A DNA stretch of 64,000 bases from Candidatus Omnitrophota bacterium (GCA_029261035.1 JAJDCD010000023.1:237126-301125); one strand, 5' to 3'; shown: positions 23,922 through 33,684, numbered from the stretch's first letter. A program made the numbers and translations. Notes: generated by a model from the sequence alone, not told the origin.

Positions 23922-24433
23922 GTGAGATGTCCTATACTGTTGTCTGACTCAGTTGTTGGATAAAGACTTTTAATTATTTCTTCTGGCTGAAACCAAAGTT
24001 TAATTTCTCGCTCTGCATCTTCACAAGAATCCGAAGCATGAACTACATTTTCATAAACGCCTTTTGTAGTGATTCGACCATAAGATCCTCGAATTGTATG
24101 AGGGTCTGCTTCTTCAGGATCCGTTGCTCCAACAATTGCGCGTACTTTTTTAATAGCATCCTTGCCGACGTAAACAAACGCAAGCACTTTGTTGTTCTCG
24201 TAATGCTCTCCCATAATAAAACGGATAAGTTCATCAAAGAAAGGCTTGTCCTTTAAATCACGGTAATGCTCTTCAGCTAACTCGCGGCTAACAACCACGC
24301 ACTTAGCTCCAACAATTTCTAGTTTTGTTTCTGATAACCGACTTAAGATATTGCCTGTTAACGATTTTGAGAGTCCATCAGGTTTAATTAAAACTAATGT
24401 TTGGTTATTTTTCGTAGGCATGAAGGCCATCAT
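23912..24433 (-). CDS. ndk: Nucleoside diphosphate kinase
   Basis: TLVLIKPDG, GATDP, TIRG, NVVHASDS, EIKLWF. Confidence 0.93.
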   Translation of the reverse strand: MMAFMPTKNNQTLVLIKPDGLSKSLTGNILSRLSETKLEIVGAKCVVVSRELAEEHYRDLKDKPFFDELIRFIMGEHYENNKVLAFVYVGKDAIKKVRAIVGATDPEEADPHTIRGSYGRITTKGVYENVVHASDSCEDAEREIKLWFQPEEIIKSLYPTTESDNSIGHLTWK

Positions 24434-24585
24434 TAATTACCAACTCTCTTTTTATAGGGTATTCCTTTAATAGGTAAAAAGTCTGAAAATTTTATCACAG
24501 TTGGAAATAGAGTCAATGTTCTTCTAGAGAAAGGCATTACTGGGAGGCATTGGACCCATGAACCACGGCAATCTCAGATATTGAG

Positions 24586-25488
24586 CTAGTCTTTTTCCAC
24601 CCCAACTACTTGGAGCACATGTTCTAGCTGATCTAGAGAAAAATATCTAATTTCTAAACGACCTTTTCCTTTATGATCAAAAATACGAACCTGGGTCCCG
24701 AGCTTTTGTTCTAGCTTTGTTTCTAAATCTACGATTTGTGAATCCAAACGACGAAGTTTTTTAGCCCGCCTTTTACCCTCAGGAGCCTTTTGAATCAGTT
24801 CTTCCACCTGTCTTACCGAAAGACCTTCGCTGATAACTCTTTTAGCCATAAGTATTTGCGCAGATTCTGAAGATAAAGCGAGGATGGCTCGAGCATGACC
24901 TTGTGAGATATCCCCTTTAATTAAAGATTCTCTAACTTCATTAGGAAGGCCCAGTAAACGCAAACTGTTTGCCACAGTGGACCTCTTTTTTCCGACGCGT
25001 TTTGCTATTTCTTCTTGAGAATAACCTCTTTCTTCTACCAAGCGTAAATAGGCTCGGGCTTCTTCGAAAGCATTTAAATCTTCTCTTTGGATATTTTCAA
25101 TAAGAGCAACTTCTAGAAGCGCCTCTTCAGCAATGTCTTTAACAATAATAGGTATTTTTTCTAATCCTAATTTTTGAGAAGCTCGGAAACGTCTTTCTCC
25201 ACAAATAATTTCAAATTGATCCCCTTTTCTTTTAACAACAAGGGGCTGTAAAATTCCTTGCTCTTGAATGGATTGAGAGAGTTCTTCTATTTGCTCTTCT
25301 TTAAAATCAGTTCTAGGCTGATCTGGGTTTGGAATAATTTGAGAGAGTTCAGCAAGCAAAACCCCTTCTTTGGGTTCGGAAGACGTTTCTTTCTTTGATT
25401 TCAGACTATCAACATAAGTGTCTGGTATTAAAGCGCTTAAACCTTTTCCAAGGCCTCGTTTAGGTTTGTTTGATTTATTGTCAGCCAT
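24586..25488 (-). CDS. parB: Chromosome partitioning protein ParB
   Basis: GLGKGL.ALI, NPDQPR, GERRFRA, ENIQREDL, HTH, GHARA. Confidence 0.96.
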   Translation of the reverse strand: MADNKSNKPKRGLGKGLSALIPDTYVDSLKSKKETSSEPKEGVLLAELSQIIPNPDQPRTDFKEEQIEELSQSIQEQGILQPLVVKRKGDQFEIICGERRFRASQKLGLEKIPIIVKDIAEEALLEVALIENIQREDLNAFEEARAYLRLVEERGYSQEEIAKRVGKKRSTVANSLRLLGLPNEVRESLIKGDISQGHARAILALSSESAQILMAKRVISEGLSVRQVEELIQKAPEGKRRAKKLRRLDSQIVDLETKLEQKLGTQVRIFDHKGKGRLEIRYFSLDQLEHVLQVVGVEKD

Positions 25489-25497
25489 GAGTTTTCC

Positions 25498-26427
25498 TTA
25501 CGGTTGTGATGGAGACTCGACAGAAGTTTCAGAACTTTGAGCTTCTTCCGTTTGCGTTGTAGTCTCAGTGGATTCAATAATAGGAGTTGTTTTTTTAGGT
25601 TCAGATGAACCCGCTTCTTTTTTTGATTCTTGTAAGCCCAGACGAGTTAAAAACTCTTCTGTTAAACTGATAAAAGCTTTTGTTCCTTTTCCGGAAGGAT
25701 CGTATTCAATTAAAGGCGTTCCAAAACTAGGAGCTTCACTAATTCGAACAGCTCTTGGAATAGCCGACTTAAATACCTTATCCCCAAAAAAAGAGGTTAC
25801 TTCAGAAATTACTTGTTCTGCTAGTTTGGTTCTGCGATCTACCATTGTTAATACAACGCCTGCTATCTCTATATCTGGATTCAGTTTAGAGCGAATTAAT
25901 TCGAAGGTTTGTACCAGCTGCCCTAACCCTTCAAGAGCATAGTACTCACATTGTAATGGGATAACAAGCTTTGAAGAAGAACATAAGCCGTTTATAGTCA
26001 ATAGGTTAAGGGATGGCGGGCAGTCCAAAATAATTAAATCGTACTCACCTTCTATGTCTTTAAGGCTGTTTTTCAGCCTATACTCTCTATTTTCTATATC
26101 AATCAGCTCTAACTCAGCACCCGTCAGCTCCGCTTTAGACGGAAGAACATAAAGGTTTTTAAATGAGGTGCTTACAATACATTCTTTTATAGAATTTTGG
26201 CCCATTAAAAGATGATAAACAGATAGTTCTAAGCTGTTTTTATCAACTCCAACGCCGCTAGTAGCATTTCCCTGCGGATCTAAATCAATTAGGAGTGTTT
26301 TTATCCCTTTGTCTGCAGCTATAGCGGACACATTGACAGCGGTAGTTGTTTTTCCGACGCCACCTTTTTGATTACAAAATGCAACAATATCAGACATAAA
26401 AACTCCTGTTTGGAAAGATATCGACAC
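25498..26427 (-). CDS. parA: Chromosome partitioning ATPase ParA/Soj (start probably ATG at 26397)
   Basis: NQKGGVGKTT, DLDPQGN, DCPPSL, QCEYYALEG, EAPSFG. Confidence 0.96.
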   Translation of the reverse strand: MSISFQTGVFMSDIVAFCNQKGGVGKTTTAVNVSAIAADKGIKTLLIDLDPQGNATSGVGVDKNSLELSVYHLLMGQNSIKECIVSTSFKNLYVLPSKAELTGAELELIDIENREYRLKNSLKDIEGEYDLIILDCPPSLNLLTINGLCSSSKLVIPLQCEYYALEGLGQLVQTFELIRSKLNPDIEIAGVVLTMVDRRTKLAEQVISEVTSFFGDKVFKSAIPRAVRISEAPSFGTPLIEYDPSGKGTKAFISLTEEFLTRLGLQESKKEAGSSEPKKTTPIIESTETTTQTEEAQSSETSVESPSQP

Positions 26428-26487
26428 TTTATTTTCGAAGTTGAGACATATTATAACGATTTGAATTATTAAAGCAAACAGAATGTC

Positions 26488-26503
26488 TGTTTCACGTGAA
26501 ACA
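26488..26503. promoter_or_regulatory. parS site
   Basis: Perfect palindrome TGTTTCACGTGAAACA between mnmG and parA. Confidence 0.95.
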
Positions 26504-26504
26504 C

Positions 26505-28319
26505 TTAATTTTTAGATTCGTTAAGGACAGTCACTAAAAGGACGGATAAATCGGCAGATGTAATTCCTGGGATTCTTGCTGCTTGACCTATAGATTGTGG
26601 GCGGATTTTTAAGAATTTTTCTCTAGCTTCTCGGCTAAGGCTTTTAACTAGGCTAAAGTCGAAACCTTCAGGAATATGTCTTTTTTCTAGTTTTCGGAAT
26701 TTAGCGACTTCTTGGTTTTGCCGGTTGATGTAGCCTTCATATTTTACATTGAGCTCTACTTGATTAAGGATATAGTCCGGTTGATTTAGAATTTCATTAT
26801 CAATGCCTGGTAAATTTTGAATTTTCATTTCCGGGCGTCTTAAATACTTATCTAAGGGTTTGCTGTCAAAGTGAGAATTTTTAAGTTGTTTTACTAATTC
26901 CTGAATTTTCCCCTGGTTGTTCACAAGTTGTTGATAAGTACTTTCATCAATCAGGCCAAACTCATATCCGTATTTCATCAGACGTTCATCGGCATTATCT
27001 TGTCTTAGTAATAAACGAAACTCTGCTCTTGAGGTTAACATTCGATAAGGTTCATTTGTTCCACGTGTAACAAGGTCGTCAATTAAAACTCCAATATAGG
27101 CTTCTGAACGATCCAGCAAAAAAGGTTCTTGGTTTTTTAATTTTCTGATGACGTTGAGGCCAGCAATGAGCCCTTGAGCCGCGGCTTCTTCATACCCAGA
27201 ACTTCCATTGATTTGGCCGGCTAAAAACAGATTTTCTACCGCCTTTGTTTCAAGGCTCAACTTCAATTGAGTAGGGGGTGAATAGTCGTATTCGATAGCA
27301 TAAGCCAGGCGAATTAACTCTGCTTTTTCAAGTCCTTTCATTGATCTAACTATTTGGTACTGAACATCTTGTGGCATACTCATAGACAGCCCATTAACAT
27401 AAACCTCATCGCTATCAAGCCCTTCGGGCTCAAGATAAATTTGGTGTCTATCTTTGTCTGCAAATTTTACAACCTTGTCTTCAATGCTTGGACAATACCG
27501 AGGTCCTATGCCTTGGATTCGCCCAGCGTAAAGAGGGGATTGATGTAAATTGTCTCGAATAATTTGGTGTGTATTCTCATTTGTGTAAGTTAGCCAGCAG
27601 TCGACTTGAGGGCGGTCTAGTTTTTTCGAACGAAAAGAAAAAGCGCTTTGAACAGCATCTCCTTTAGCAACCTCAATGGCATTATAATCAATGCTGTTAA
27701 TATGAAGTCGAGGAGGTGTTCCTGTTTTAAATCGTTTCAATTCAATTCCGTTATCCACAAGGCTGTCAGATAAGTTCAGTGAAGGGGCTTCGCCTCCGCG
27801 GCCTCCAGGAGTCTTTTTTTCTCCGATATGAATCAAGCCTTTCATAAAGGTGCCTGAAGAAATGATTACAGATTTTGCATAAACCTTTTCTCCAGAATGA
27901 GTTACAACTCCTTTAACTTTTTTATTTTCGACAATGAGAGATTCGACTAAGGCTTGTTCAAGGTCAATATTAGGCTCAGAGGTAACAATTTGTTTCATTA
28001 AGAGAGCGTACTGCTTTTTGTCTGCTTGTGCGCGAGGCGCCCAGACAGCAGGCCCTTTGGACTTATTCAGCATTCGGAATTGAATGGAGGTCTGGTCAAT
28101 GGTTAAACCCATTTGACCACCTAGAGCGTCAATCTCACGAACTATATGGCCTTTGGCAAGACCACCGATAGCTGGGTTACAGGACATTTTTCCAATGGTT
28201 TCTATATTTGCTGTCAGAAAGAGGACTGGAAAACCGGCTCGCGCAATACTGAGAGCGGCTTCGATACCTGCATGACCTGCGCCTACAACAATTGAAGCGT
28301 ATTCTTTTTCTGTTTTCAT
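26505..28319 (-). CDS. mnmG: tRNA uridine-5-carboxymethylaminomethyl modification enzyme
   Basis: GAGHAG.EAA, MSCNPAIGG, KTGTPPR, PRYCPSIEDK, GQING..GYEEAA. Confidence 0.97.
   Translation of the reverse strand: MKTEKEYASIVVGAGHAGIEAALSIARAGFPVLFLTANIETIGKMSCNPAIGGLAKGHIVREIDALGGQMGLTIDQTSIQFRMLNKSKGPAVWAPRAQADKKQYALLMKQIVTSEPNIDLEQALVESLIVENKKVKGVVTHSGEKVYAKSVIISSGTFMKGLIHIGEKKTPGGRGGEAPSLNLSDSLVDNGIELKRFKTGTPPRLHINSIDYNAIEVAKGDAVQSAFSFRSKKLDRPQVDCWLTYTNENTHQIIRDNLHQSPLYAGRIQGIGPRYCPSIEDKVVKFADKDRHQIYLEPEGLDSDEVYVNGLSMSMPQDVQYQIVRSMKGLEKAELIRLAYAIEYDYSPPTQLKLSLETKAVENLFLAGQINGSSGYEEAAAQGLIAGLNVIRKLKNQEPFLLDRSEAYIGVLIDDLVTRGTNEPYRMLTSRAEFRLLLRQDNADERLMKYGYEFGLIDESTYQQLVNNQGKIQELVKQLKNSHFDSKPLDKYLRRPEMKIQNLPGIDNEILNQPDYILNQVELNVKYEGYINRQNQEVAKFRKLEKRHIPEGFDFSLVKSLSREAREKFLKIRPQSIGQAARIPGITSADLSVLLVTVLNESKN
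27057..27072. promoter_or_regulatory. Second parS-like site inside mnmG
   Basis: TGTTCCACGTGTAACA, two differences from the perfect site. Confidence 0.75.
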
Positions 28320-28367
28320 AGCCGCGCATTATATCATGGGGGTAGCTGTGCTACCACCGTTAGAGAA

Positions 28368-28387
28368 TGCCTACCTAACGGTAGGCA
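28368..28387. repeat. Short REP-like hairpin
   Basis: tgcctacc-taac-ggtaggca. Confidence 0.55.
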
Positions 28388-28456
28388 GAGATATTATCGT
28401 TTGCACAACATACGTTAATGTGTTAATATTTGGATGAACTTCAAAGGACAGGATGA

Positions 28457-28747
28457 ATGATAAAAGAATTTGGAACAAAAGCGACAGAAGATATTTATAA
28501 TGGTATAACCTCAAAAAAAGCAAAAGAAGTACCTAATAATATTCATAAAATTACTTGTCGCCAATTAGATATGATTAATTCTGCTTTTGTTTTGGAAGAC
28601 TTAAAAATTCCTCCAGGAAATAGATTGGAGAAACTTAAGGGCGATCTGAAAGGGAAATACAGTATTAGAATTAACGATCAATTTAGAATTATTTTTGAAT
28701 TTAGAGATGTAAATGCATATCAAGTAAAAATAGTAGACTATCATTAA
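28457..28747 (+). CDS. higB: HigB-like (RelE/ParE) toxin
   Basis: DLKIPPGNRLEKLKGDLKGKYSIRINDQFRI, C-terminal VDYH; toxin-first order; TTGCAC-17-TAATAT promoter at 28401-28429. Confidence 0.9.
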   Translation: MIKEFGTKATEDIYNGITSKKAKEVPNNIHKITCRQLDMINSAFVLEDLKIPPGNRLEKLKGDLKGKYSIRINDQFRIIFEFRDVNAYQVKIVDYH

Positions 28748-28760
28748 AGGGGAAAATACA

Positions 28761-29036
28761 ATGATTCCTAAAAATAGAAAACCCACACATCCTGGCGAAA
28801 TACTATTGGAAGAATTTTTAAAGCCAGCTAAGATGACACAAAGTAGCCTAGCAGACTTAATGGACGTTCCTATACAGAGAATAAATACGATTATTAATGA
28901 GAAAAGAGATATAACTCCAGAAACAGCTATTTTACTGTCTCAAGTTTTAAAAACTAGTCCTGAGTTTTGGATGAATTTACAAATGACTTTTGATTTATAC
29001 AATGCAAAATTAAAAATCACAAACAAAGCAGCTTAA
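28761..29036 (+). CDS. higA: HigA antitoxin
   Basis: PTHPGEILLEEFL, HTH, ITPETA..L, SPEFWMNLQ. Confidence 0.92.
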   Translation: MIPKNRKPTHPGEILLEEFLKPAKMTQSSLADLMDVPIQRINTIINEKRDITPETAILLSQVLKTSPEFWMNLQMTFDLYNAKLKITNKAA

Positions 29037-29046
29037 AAAATTTTTA

Positions 29047-29067
29047 GCCAATAGCTAACAGCTATAG
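29047..29067. repeat. Heptamer tandem repeat (GCYnAnA type)
   Basis: gccaata gctaaca gctatag; related arrays at 42434 and 52114. Confidence 0.55.
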
Positions 29068-29081
29068 ACAAAGGATTTGTT

Positions 29082-30071
29082 ATGAGTGCAGAAACACAAA
29101 AAGCATCTTCAATCAAAGAATTTATTAAGAATAACTATCGTCACTTTAATTCCGCTGTTGTGGTAGACGCATCAGAAGCTTGGATTGATTTGCTTAATCA
29201 AGGTGGAAAAATGTTTCTGACTATGGCAGGAGCTATGAGTACGGCAGAGCTTGGCATTTCACTTGCAGAACTGATTCGACAAGATAAGGTTCATGGAATT
29301 TGCACGACAGGGGCTAATTTAGAGGAAGACGTTTTTAATTTAGTGGCGCATGATTACTATAAAAGAGTTCCTGGATATAGACATTTAACAGCAGAACAAG
29401 AACTTGAACTGTGTGCCCAAGGCTTGAATAGAGTGACAGATACCTGCATTCCAGAAGAAGAAGCGATGCGTCGAATAGAAAAACGGGTTTTGAAATTATG
29501 GAAAAAAGCCGAAGCAGAGGGAAAGCGCTATTTTCCATATGAATATATGTACCAATTACTGGACCAAGAAGATTTGGTAGATATTTTTCAAATAGACCCT
29601 AAAGATTCTTGGCTGATTGCGGCTAAAGAAAAAAATCTCCCCATCTTTACTCCAGGCTGGGAAGATTCTACATTGGGAAATATTTTTGTTTCTAACTTTC
29701 AAAGAAAAAAAATTAACTCCTTACAATTAGTGAAGTCGGGGTTGGAGCAAATGGATGTGTTGATCGGCTGGTATAAAGAAATGACCAAAGATAAGCTTTT
29801 AGGTTTTTTTCAAATTGGAGGGGGCATTGCTGGCGACTTTCCTATTTGTGTGGTTCCTTTAATACAACAAGACCTTAAAGAGGAGTGTCGTTTGTGGGGT
29901 TACTTTTGTCAGATTAGTGACAGCACCACTTCTTATGGTTCTTATAGCGGAGCGGTTCCAAACGAAAAAATTACTTGGGGGAAATTGGATAAAGATACTC
30001 CAAGTTTTATTATCGAATCCGATGCCACGATCGTGGCACCTCTTATTTTTAATTATGTTCTAGGAAATTAA
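29082..30071 (+). CDS. Deoxyhypusine synthase-like protein (homospermidine biosynthesis type)
   Basis: AGAMSTAELG, TGANLEED, IGGGIAGDF, YSGAVPNEKITWGK, SDATIVAPL. Confidence 0.9.
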   Translation: MSAETQKASSIKEFIKNNYRHFNSAVVVDASEAWIDLLNQGGKMFLTMAGAMSTAELGISLAELIRQDKVHGICTTGANLEEDVFNLVAHDYYKRVPGYRHLTAEQELELCAQGLNRVTDTCIPEEEAMRRIEKRVLKLWKKAEAEGKRYFPYEYMYQLLDQEDLVDIFQIDPKDSWLIAAKEKNLPIFTPGWEDSTLGNIFVSNFQRKKINSLQLVKSGLEQMDVLIGWYKEMTKDKLLGFFQIGGGIAGDFPICVVPLIQQDLKEECRLWGYFCQISDSTTSYGSYSGAVPNEKITWGKLDKDTPSFIIESDATIVAPLIFNYVLGN

Positions 30072-30093
30072 AAATTACTTAGGGAAGAGTCTA

Positions 30094-31050
30094 TTGCGAT
30101 ATCAAAGTTTATTTCTTTTTATACTCCTGTTTTTCACCTCCTGTTCTGGAGCTAAAAACCCCGTAACTCAAAGTGAAAAAATTGTAGAGAATATCGAACA
30201 AATGTTTATCGAGCAGGGTGTGGACTATTCCGCAGCTGCTCTGGTTTCGGTTTTGATGGAAAAGCGAGACAGTCTTGTTAATTTGAAGGGCTCTCTTTCT
30301 GTAGAAGAGGAAATGGAAGGGGTTCAAAAAAGCATAGAAAAAATAGATTGCTTTAGAGGGTTGTTAGCCATCGATGTTTTTCAAAGCGGGCGGTTGCCCA
30401 CAGGGGTTTCTCTAGAAGAAGGGGAGAGTCTAGGCCAATTTCGAAGGATCGCGCCGGAAATACAATCTTTGTTTGATTTCCTCCCTCAAGAGGAGGGGCT
30501 TATTTCTGTAAGGGGTGTCTTGCGCTTTTATGAGACAATTCAAAACGAAATCCCTGATTATTCTTTTGCTTATTCCGCACCGGCTTTCTTTTCTCTTTTT
30601 TATGGAGACATGGAGGAAGCTATCCGTTTGGCAGAGGCGGCCTTGAAGTTAAACGAAAAAGATTTTCTAGCACTGAGAACGCTTTTAGTTGCTTTGTATG
30701 GGAAAGAAGAACATGAAAAAGATTTTGAATATTTTGTAAAACAATACAAAAAAATTGTTCCCGATTCTTTTCTTGTTGATTATTTCCTTAGCAGAATTGC
30801 ACGAGTACAGGGAGATATGAAAGATGCGATTCGGTTTGCAGAAAATTCCATTAGTAAAATTAGAAGTGGCCAGCTTATATTTTATCTTGCAGAGCTTTAT
30901 GAAGAAGACGGCAATTTAGAAAAGGCTCGATACCACTACGCTTCACTTCTGGCGATATCAAAGTATGCTGGAAAACCTTTTTATTTGAAAGCCGCACAAG
31001 AAGTAGAACGCATAGCAAAGCTCATGGAAGAAGAGAAGAAGAATTCTTGA
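30094..31050 (+). CDS. TPR-containing lipoprotein
   Basis: Lipobox FTSC; TPR-like helices (GDMEEAIRLAEAALKLN, LAELYEEDGNLEKARYHY). Confidence 0.7.
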   Translation: MRYQSLFLFILLFFTSCSGAKNPVTQSEKIVENIEQMFIEQGVDYSAAALVSVLMEKRDSLVNLKGSLSVEEEMEGVQKSIEKIDCFRGLLAIDVFQSGRLPTGVSLEEGESLGQFRRIAPEIQSLFDFLPQEEGLISVRGVLRFYETIQNEIPDYSFAYSAPAFFSLFYGDMEEAIRLAEAALKLNEKDFLALRTLLVALYGKEEHEKDFEYFVKQYKKIVPDSFLVDYFLSRIARVQGDMKDAIRFAENSISKIRSGQLIFYLAELYEEDGNLEKARYHYASLLAISKYAGKPFYLKAAQEVERIAKLMEEEKKNS

Positions 31051-31054
31051 AGAA

Positions 31055-31080
31055 GGGACAACCCCATAGGACTGCCCCTT
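31055..31080. repeat. REP-like hairpin / possible bidirectional terminator between convergent genes
   Basis: gggacaaccccataggactgcccct imperfect inverted repeat. Confidence 0.45.
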
Positions 31081-31085
31081 AGTTT

Positions 31086-32732
31086 TTAATCGTGATGTGG
31101 AATAGGAATATGAATTTTCTTGATTACACCTTGATGCAAAATGGTTAAGAAATTACTAACAGTCCAATAAAGCACCAATCCTGATGGTAAGTTATAAAAA
31201 ATCACCCCAAAAATAAGAGGCATGAACATCATCATTTTTTCTTGTTCAGGCGACATTCCGCTGGCTGGATTTAATTTTTGCTGCCATATCATAGACCCAA
31301 GCATAATAAGGGGCAAGATGTTGACCCCGTCACCGAGAAGGGGCAGTGTGAATGGAAGTGTAAATAATTTATCGGGTTCTGATAGATCTTTGATCCACCA
31401 AATAAAAGGGGCCTCCCTAAGTTGAACTGCTTGGGACAACCCTTGATAAAGAGCAATAAAGATAGGCATTTGAAGCAACATAGGCAAGCAACCGCTAAGG
31501 GGGTTTACTTTATGTTTTTTGTAAAGTCCCATCATTTCTTTTTGCAGCTTTTTTGGATCTTCTTTATGTTGCGCTTGAAGCGCTTTTATTTTGGGCTGAA
31601 GCTCCGCCATTCTTCTCATGGAAACAAAACTAATATGTGTTAGAGGTGTAAATAAAAGTTTAATGAGCATGGTTAATAATATAATCGCAACTCCGTAGTT
31701 AGGAATCCAGTTATAACACCAGTCCATAATAAAAATCATTCCAATACGAAGTGGACCAAAGAAACCTTTAGAGATCAGTTTTTGAAAACCAAATCCGTAA
31801 GAACGAAGTTCGGGATAACTATTAGGCCCTGCATAAACAAGATAGCTATGTTCTACAGTGCTGCCTGCAGGAATGTTGAAGCGCTCTGTCATAAAAATGG
31901 ATTGCATTTCTTCAGGAGAGACTTCTTTTGCTTTTATTTCACTAATAACGACGTTGGAGCTCGGCTTAATAATAAGAGAAAGATACTTTCGGTTTAATGA
32001 GAACCAATCTAAATCACCTTCTAGTTCAAAGGACTTCTTCTTTAATTTAGCTGCTTTTTTCGACTCTATTTTTTCCGCCGCATAAACATTAAACTCTACG
32101 TAGCTCGCAGCATATCCTTTTTCATTATGAAATAACTGAGAAGACATTTCATAACGTGTTGTAATAGATTGATCCGTTAAGTTCTTAAAAGAAAGAACCA
32201 CATCAAAGGAGTGTGAGTTTGGATTAAAGATAAACTCTTTTTTCATTTCAATTTTTTCATCTAGAGTGTTCTTAAAAATAATTTCATTAGTTCTGGATTT
32301 TTCTCGAGAGAATTCGCTTGTAGAAGATGCGGATTCGAAACCTTCGAGCCAAACTTGGAAAGCTCCTGGCCCATCTTCGGATTTAATTAAAGTGCCTTCA
32401 TCTTTGTTTTTTAGAGCAAATTCATCCAAATAAAAATTTTGTATTAATCCGCCTCGAGGAGATAACGTTAAGTGGTAGCCTTCAATTTCTGCTTTTTCCA
32501 AGTTGGTTTTAAAGATAGGCGCTCTTAAAGCAGGTGCATTGAACCCCGAAGACGAGGCTCTAAGAGTCTCTTTTGCAGTTTGTTGAGTTGTTTGTACTTG
32601 TTCTTGAGATATGTTTTTAGTTACAGGCTGTGGTGCTAATGACGGGAAAAATATTTTCAAAACATAAGGGTAAAAAATAATTAAAAGGAAACTTAAAACC
32701 AAAGCTAAAATTAATCTTTTTTCTGTACTCAT
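31086..32732 (-). CDS. yidC: Membrane protein insertase YidC
   Basis: NYGVAIILLT, LQPKIK.LQ, NPLSGCLP.LLQMPIF, PSGLVLYW. Confidence 0.96.
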   Translation of the reverse strand: MSTEKRLILALVLSFLLIIFYPYVLKIFFPSLAPQPVTKNISQEQVQTTQQTAKETLRASSSGFNAPALRAPIFKTNLEKAEIEGYHLTLSPRGGLIQNFYLDEFALKNKDEGTLIKSEDGPGAFQVWLEGFESASSTSEFSREKSRTNEIIFKNTLDEKIEMKKEFIFNPNSHSFDVVLSFKNLTDQSITTRYEMSSQLFHNEKGYAASYVEFNVYAAEKIESKKAAKLKKKSFELEGDLDWFSLNRKYLSLIIKPSSNVVISEIKAKEVSPEEMQSIFMTERFNIPAGSTVEHSYLVYAGPNSYPELRSYGFGFQKLISKGFFGPLRIGMIFIMDWCYNWIPNYGVAIILLTMLIKLLFTPLTHISFVSMRRMAELQPKIKALQAQHKEDPKKLQKEMMGLYKKHKVNPLSGCLPMLLQMPIFIALYQGLSQAVQLREAPFIWWIKDLSEPDKLFTLPFTLPLLGDGVNILPLIMLGSMIWQQKLNPASGMSPEQEKMMMFMPLIFGVIFYNLPSGLVLYWTVSNFLTILHQGVIKKIHIPIPHHD

Positions 32733-32968
32733 ACTAAATCCTTTGTGCTTTTAACATCTGTGATTATAGGATCATAGCCCCCTTTACAAAAGGGCTGACA
32801 CCGTAAAATTCTAAAGAGAGTTTTTAAGCTTCCTTGAAGAAAGCCTTTTTTTTCATAAGCTTCGTGAGCATACTCTGAACAAGTTGGAACAAACCGACAG
32901 TGGTTTCCAAGGAGCGGGGAAATTAAAAAGCGATATGCTTCAATGAGTTTAAGAGCAATCCATTTCAT
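32729..32968 (-). CDS. yidD: Membrane protein insertion efficiency factor
   Basis: ISPLLGNHCRFVPTCSEY, RILRCQPF..GGYDP. Confidence 0.95.
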   Translation of the reverse strand: MKWIALKLIEAYRFLISPLLGNHCRFVPTCSEYAHEAYEKKGFLQGSLKTLFRILRCQPFCKGGYDPIITDVKSTKDLV

Positions 32969-33366
32969 TAAAGCACCCTTGCTTTTTTTAGTAGAGAAAT
33001 TAACTCTTTTTGTATCTCGTTTAATGACGGAGATACTAAAGGTTTATTTAGCCGGACCATTAAATCAAAAGGTTTATTTAAGCCATGTTTATGCAACCGA
33101 AAAACTTCTCTAACGAGACGCTTTATTCGATTACGCTCATGTGCTTTTTTCAAAACCCGTTTACTAACGACAATTCCTAAGCGAGAATTTTGTGGAAGAG
33201 CTGATTTAGAGCGCCCAGTTGATTGGGTTAACGAAGAGAGAGGGGGTCTTTCTTTATAATAAAGAGACAACAGTGTGCCTCTTAATTTATTTCCGCCTCT
33301 TAAAACCTTTAGGATTTCAGAATTTTTCTTTAACCGTTCCGTTTTTGAAAACTTATATGTTTCCAC
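32968..33366 (-). CDS. rnpA: Ribonuclease P protein component
   Basis: [25 protein letters not shown]; operon context. Confidence 0.92.
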   Translation of the reverse strand: METYKFSKTERLKKNSEILKVLRGGNKLRGTLLSLYYKERPPLSSLTQSTGRSKSALPQNSRLGIVVSKRVLKKAHERNRIKRLVREVFRLHKHGLNKPFDLMVRLNKPLVSPSLNEIQKELISLLKKARVL

Positions 33367-33368
33367 AA

Positions 33369-33506
33369 CTATACAACAGCTAAACGCTTACGTCCTTTGC
33401 GTCTTCGATTTGCTAAAATTTTAGCTCCACCGCGAGTGCTTTTTCTCTTAAGGAAACCGTGCTTGTTTCTCTTTTTTCTATTGGATGGTTGGTATGTTCT
33501 TTTCAT
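33369..33506 (-). CDS. rpmH: 50S ribosomal protein L34 (absent from ORF track)
   Basis: Translated by hand: [45 protein letters not shown]. Confidence 0.97.
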   Translation of the reverse strand: MKRTYQPSNRKKRNKHGFLKRKSTRGGAKILANRRRKGRKRLAVV

Positions 33507-33558
33507 AGCCCGAAGATTATATCAGAGACACTAGGGACAGGCTACTTTATTTTCACTC

Positions 33559-33608
33559 ATTCAGGCCCGGGCCTCTTTTTTTCAGAAAAAGGAGGCCCGG
33601 GCCTGAAT
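33559..33608. repeat. Perfect 17-bp inverted repeat whose arms each contain palindrome AGGCCCGGGCCT
   Basis: attcaggcccgggcctc (33559-33575) / gaggcccgggcctgaat (33592-33608). Confidence 0.85.
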
Positions 33609-33626
33609 AGAGAAATGAAAGGATAT

Positions 33627-33655
33627 TTGACTAAATCTACATCGCAGGTTAAAAT
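33627..33655 (+). promoter_or_regulatory. sigma70-like promoter of Rrf2 gene
   Basis: TTGACT-17 bp-TAAAAT. Confidence 0.6.
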
Positions 33656-33684
33656 CCTCTTAATCAGATAGGAGTAATAGGAGT

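Noticed and set aside
28457-31050. higBA-DHS-TPR group as a mobile island
   Set aside because: No integrase, transposase or flanking direct repeats seen
33185-33255. ~15-20 aa insertion in RnpA and low-complexity ParA C-terminal tail
   Set aside because: Variable loop or tail positions; no match to the repeat families seen in this window
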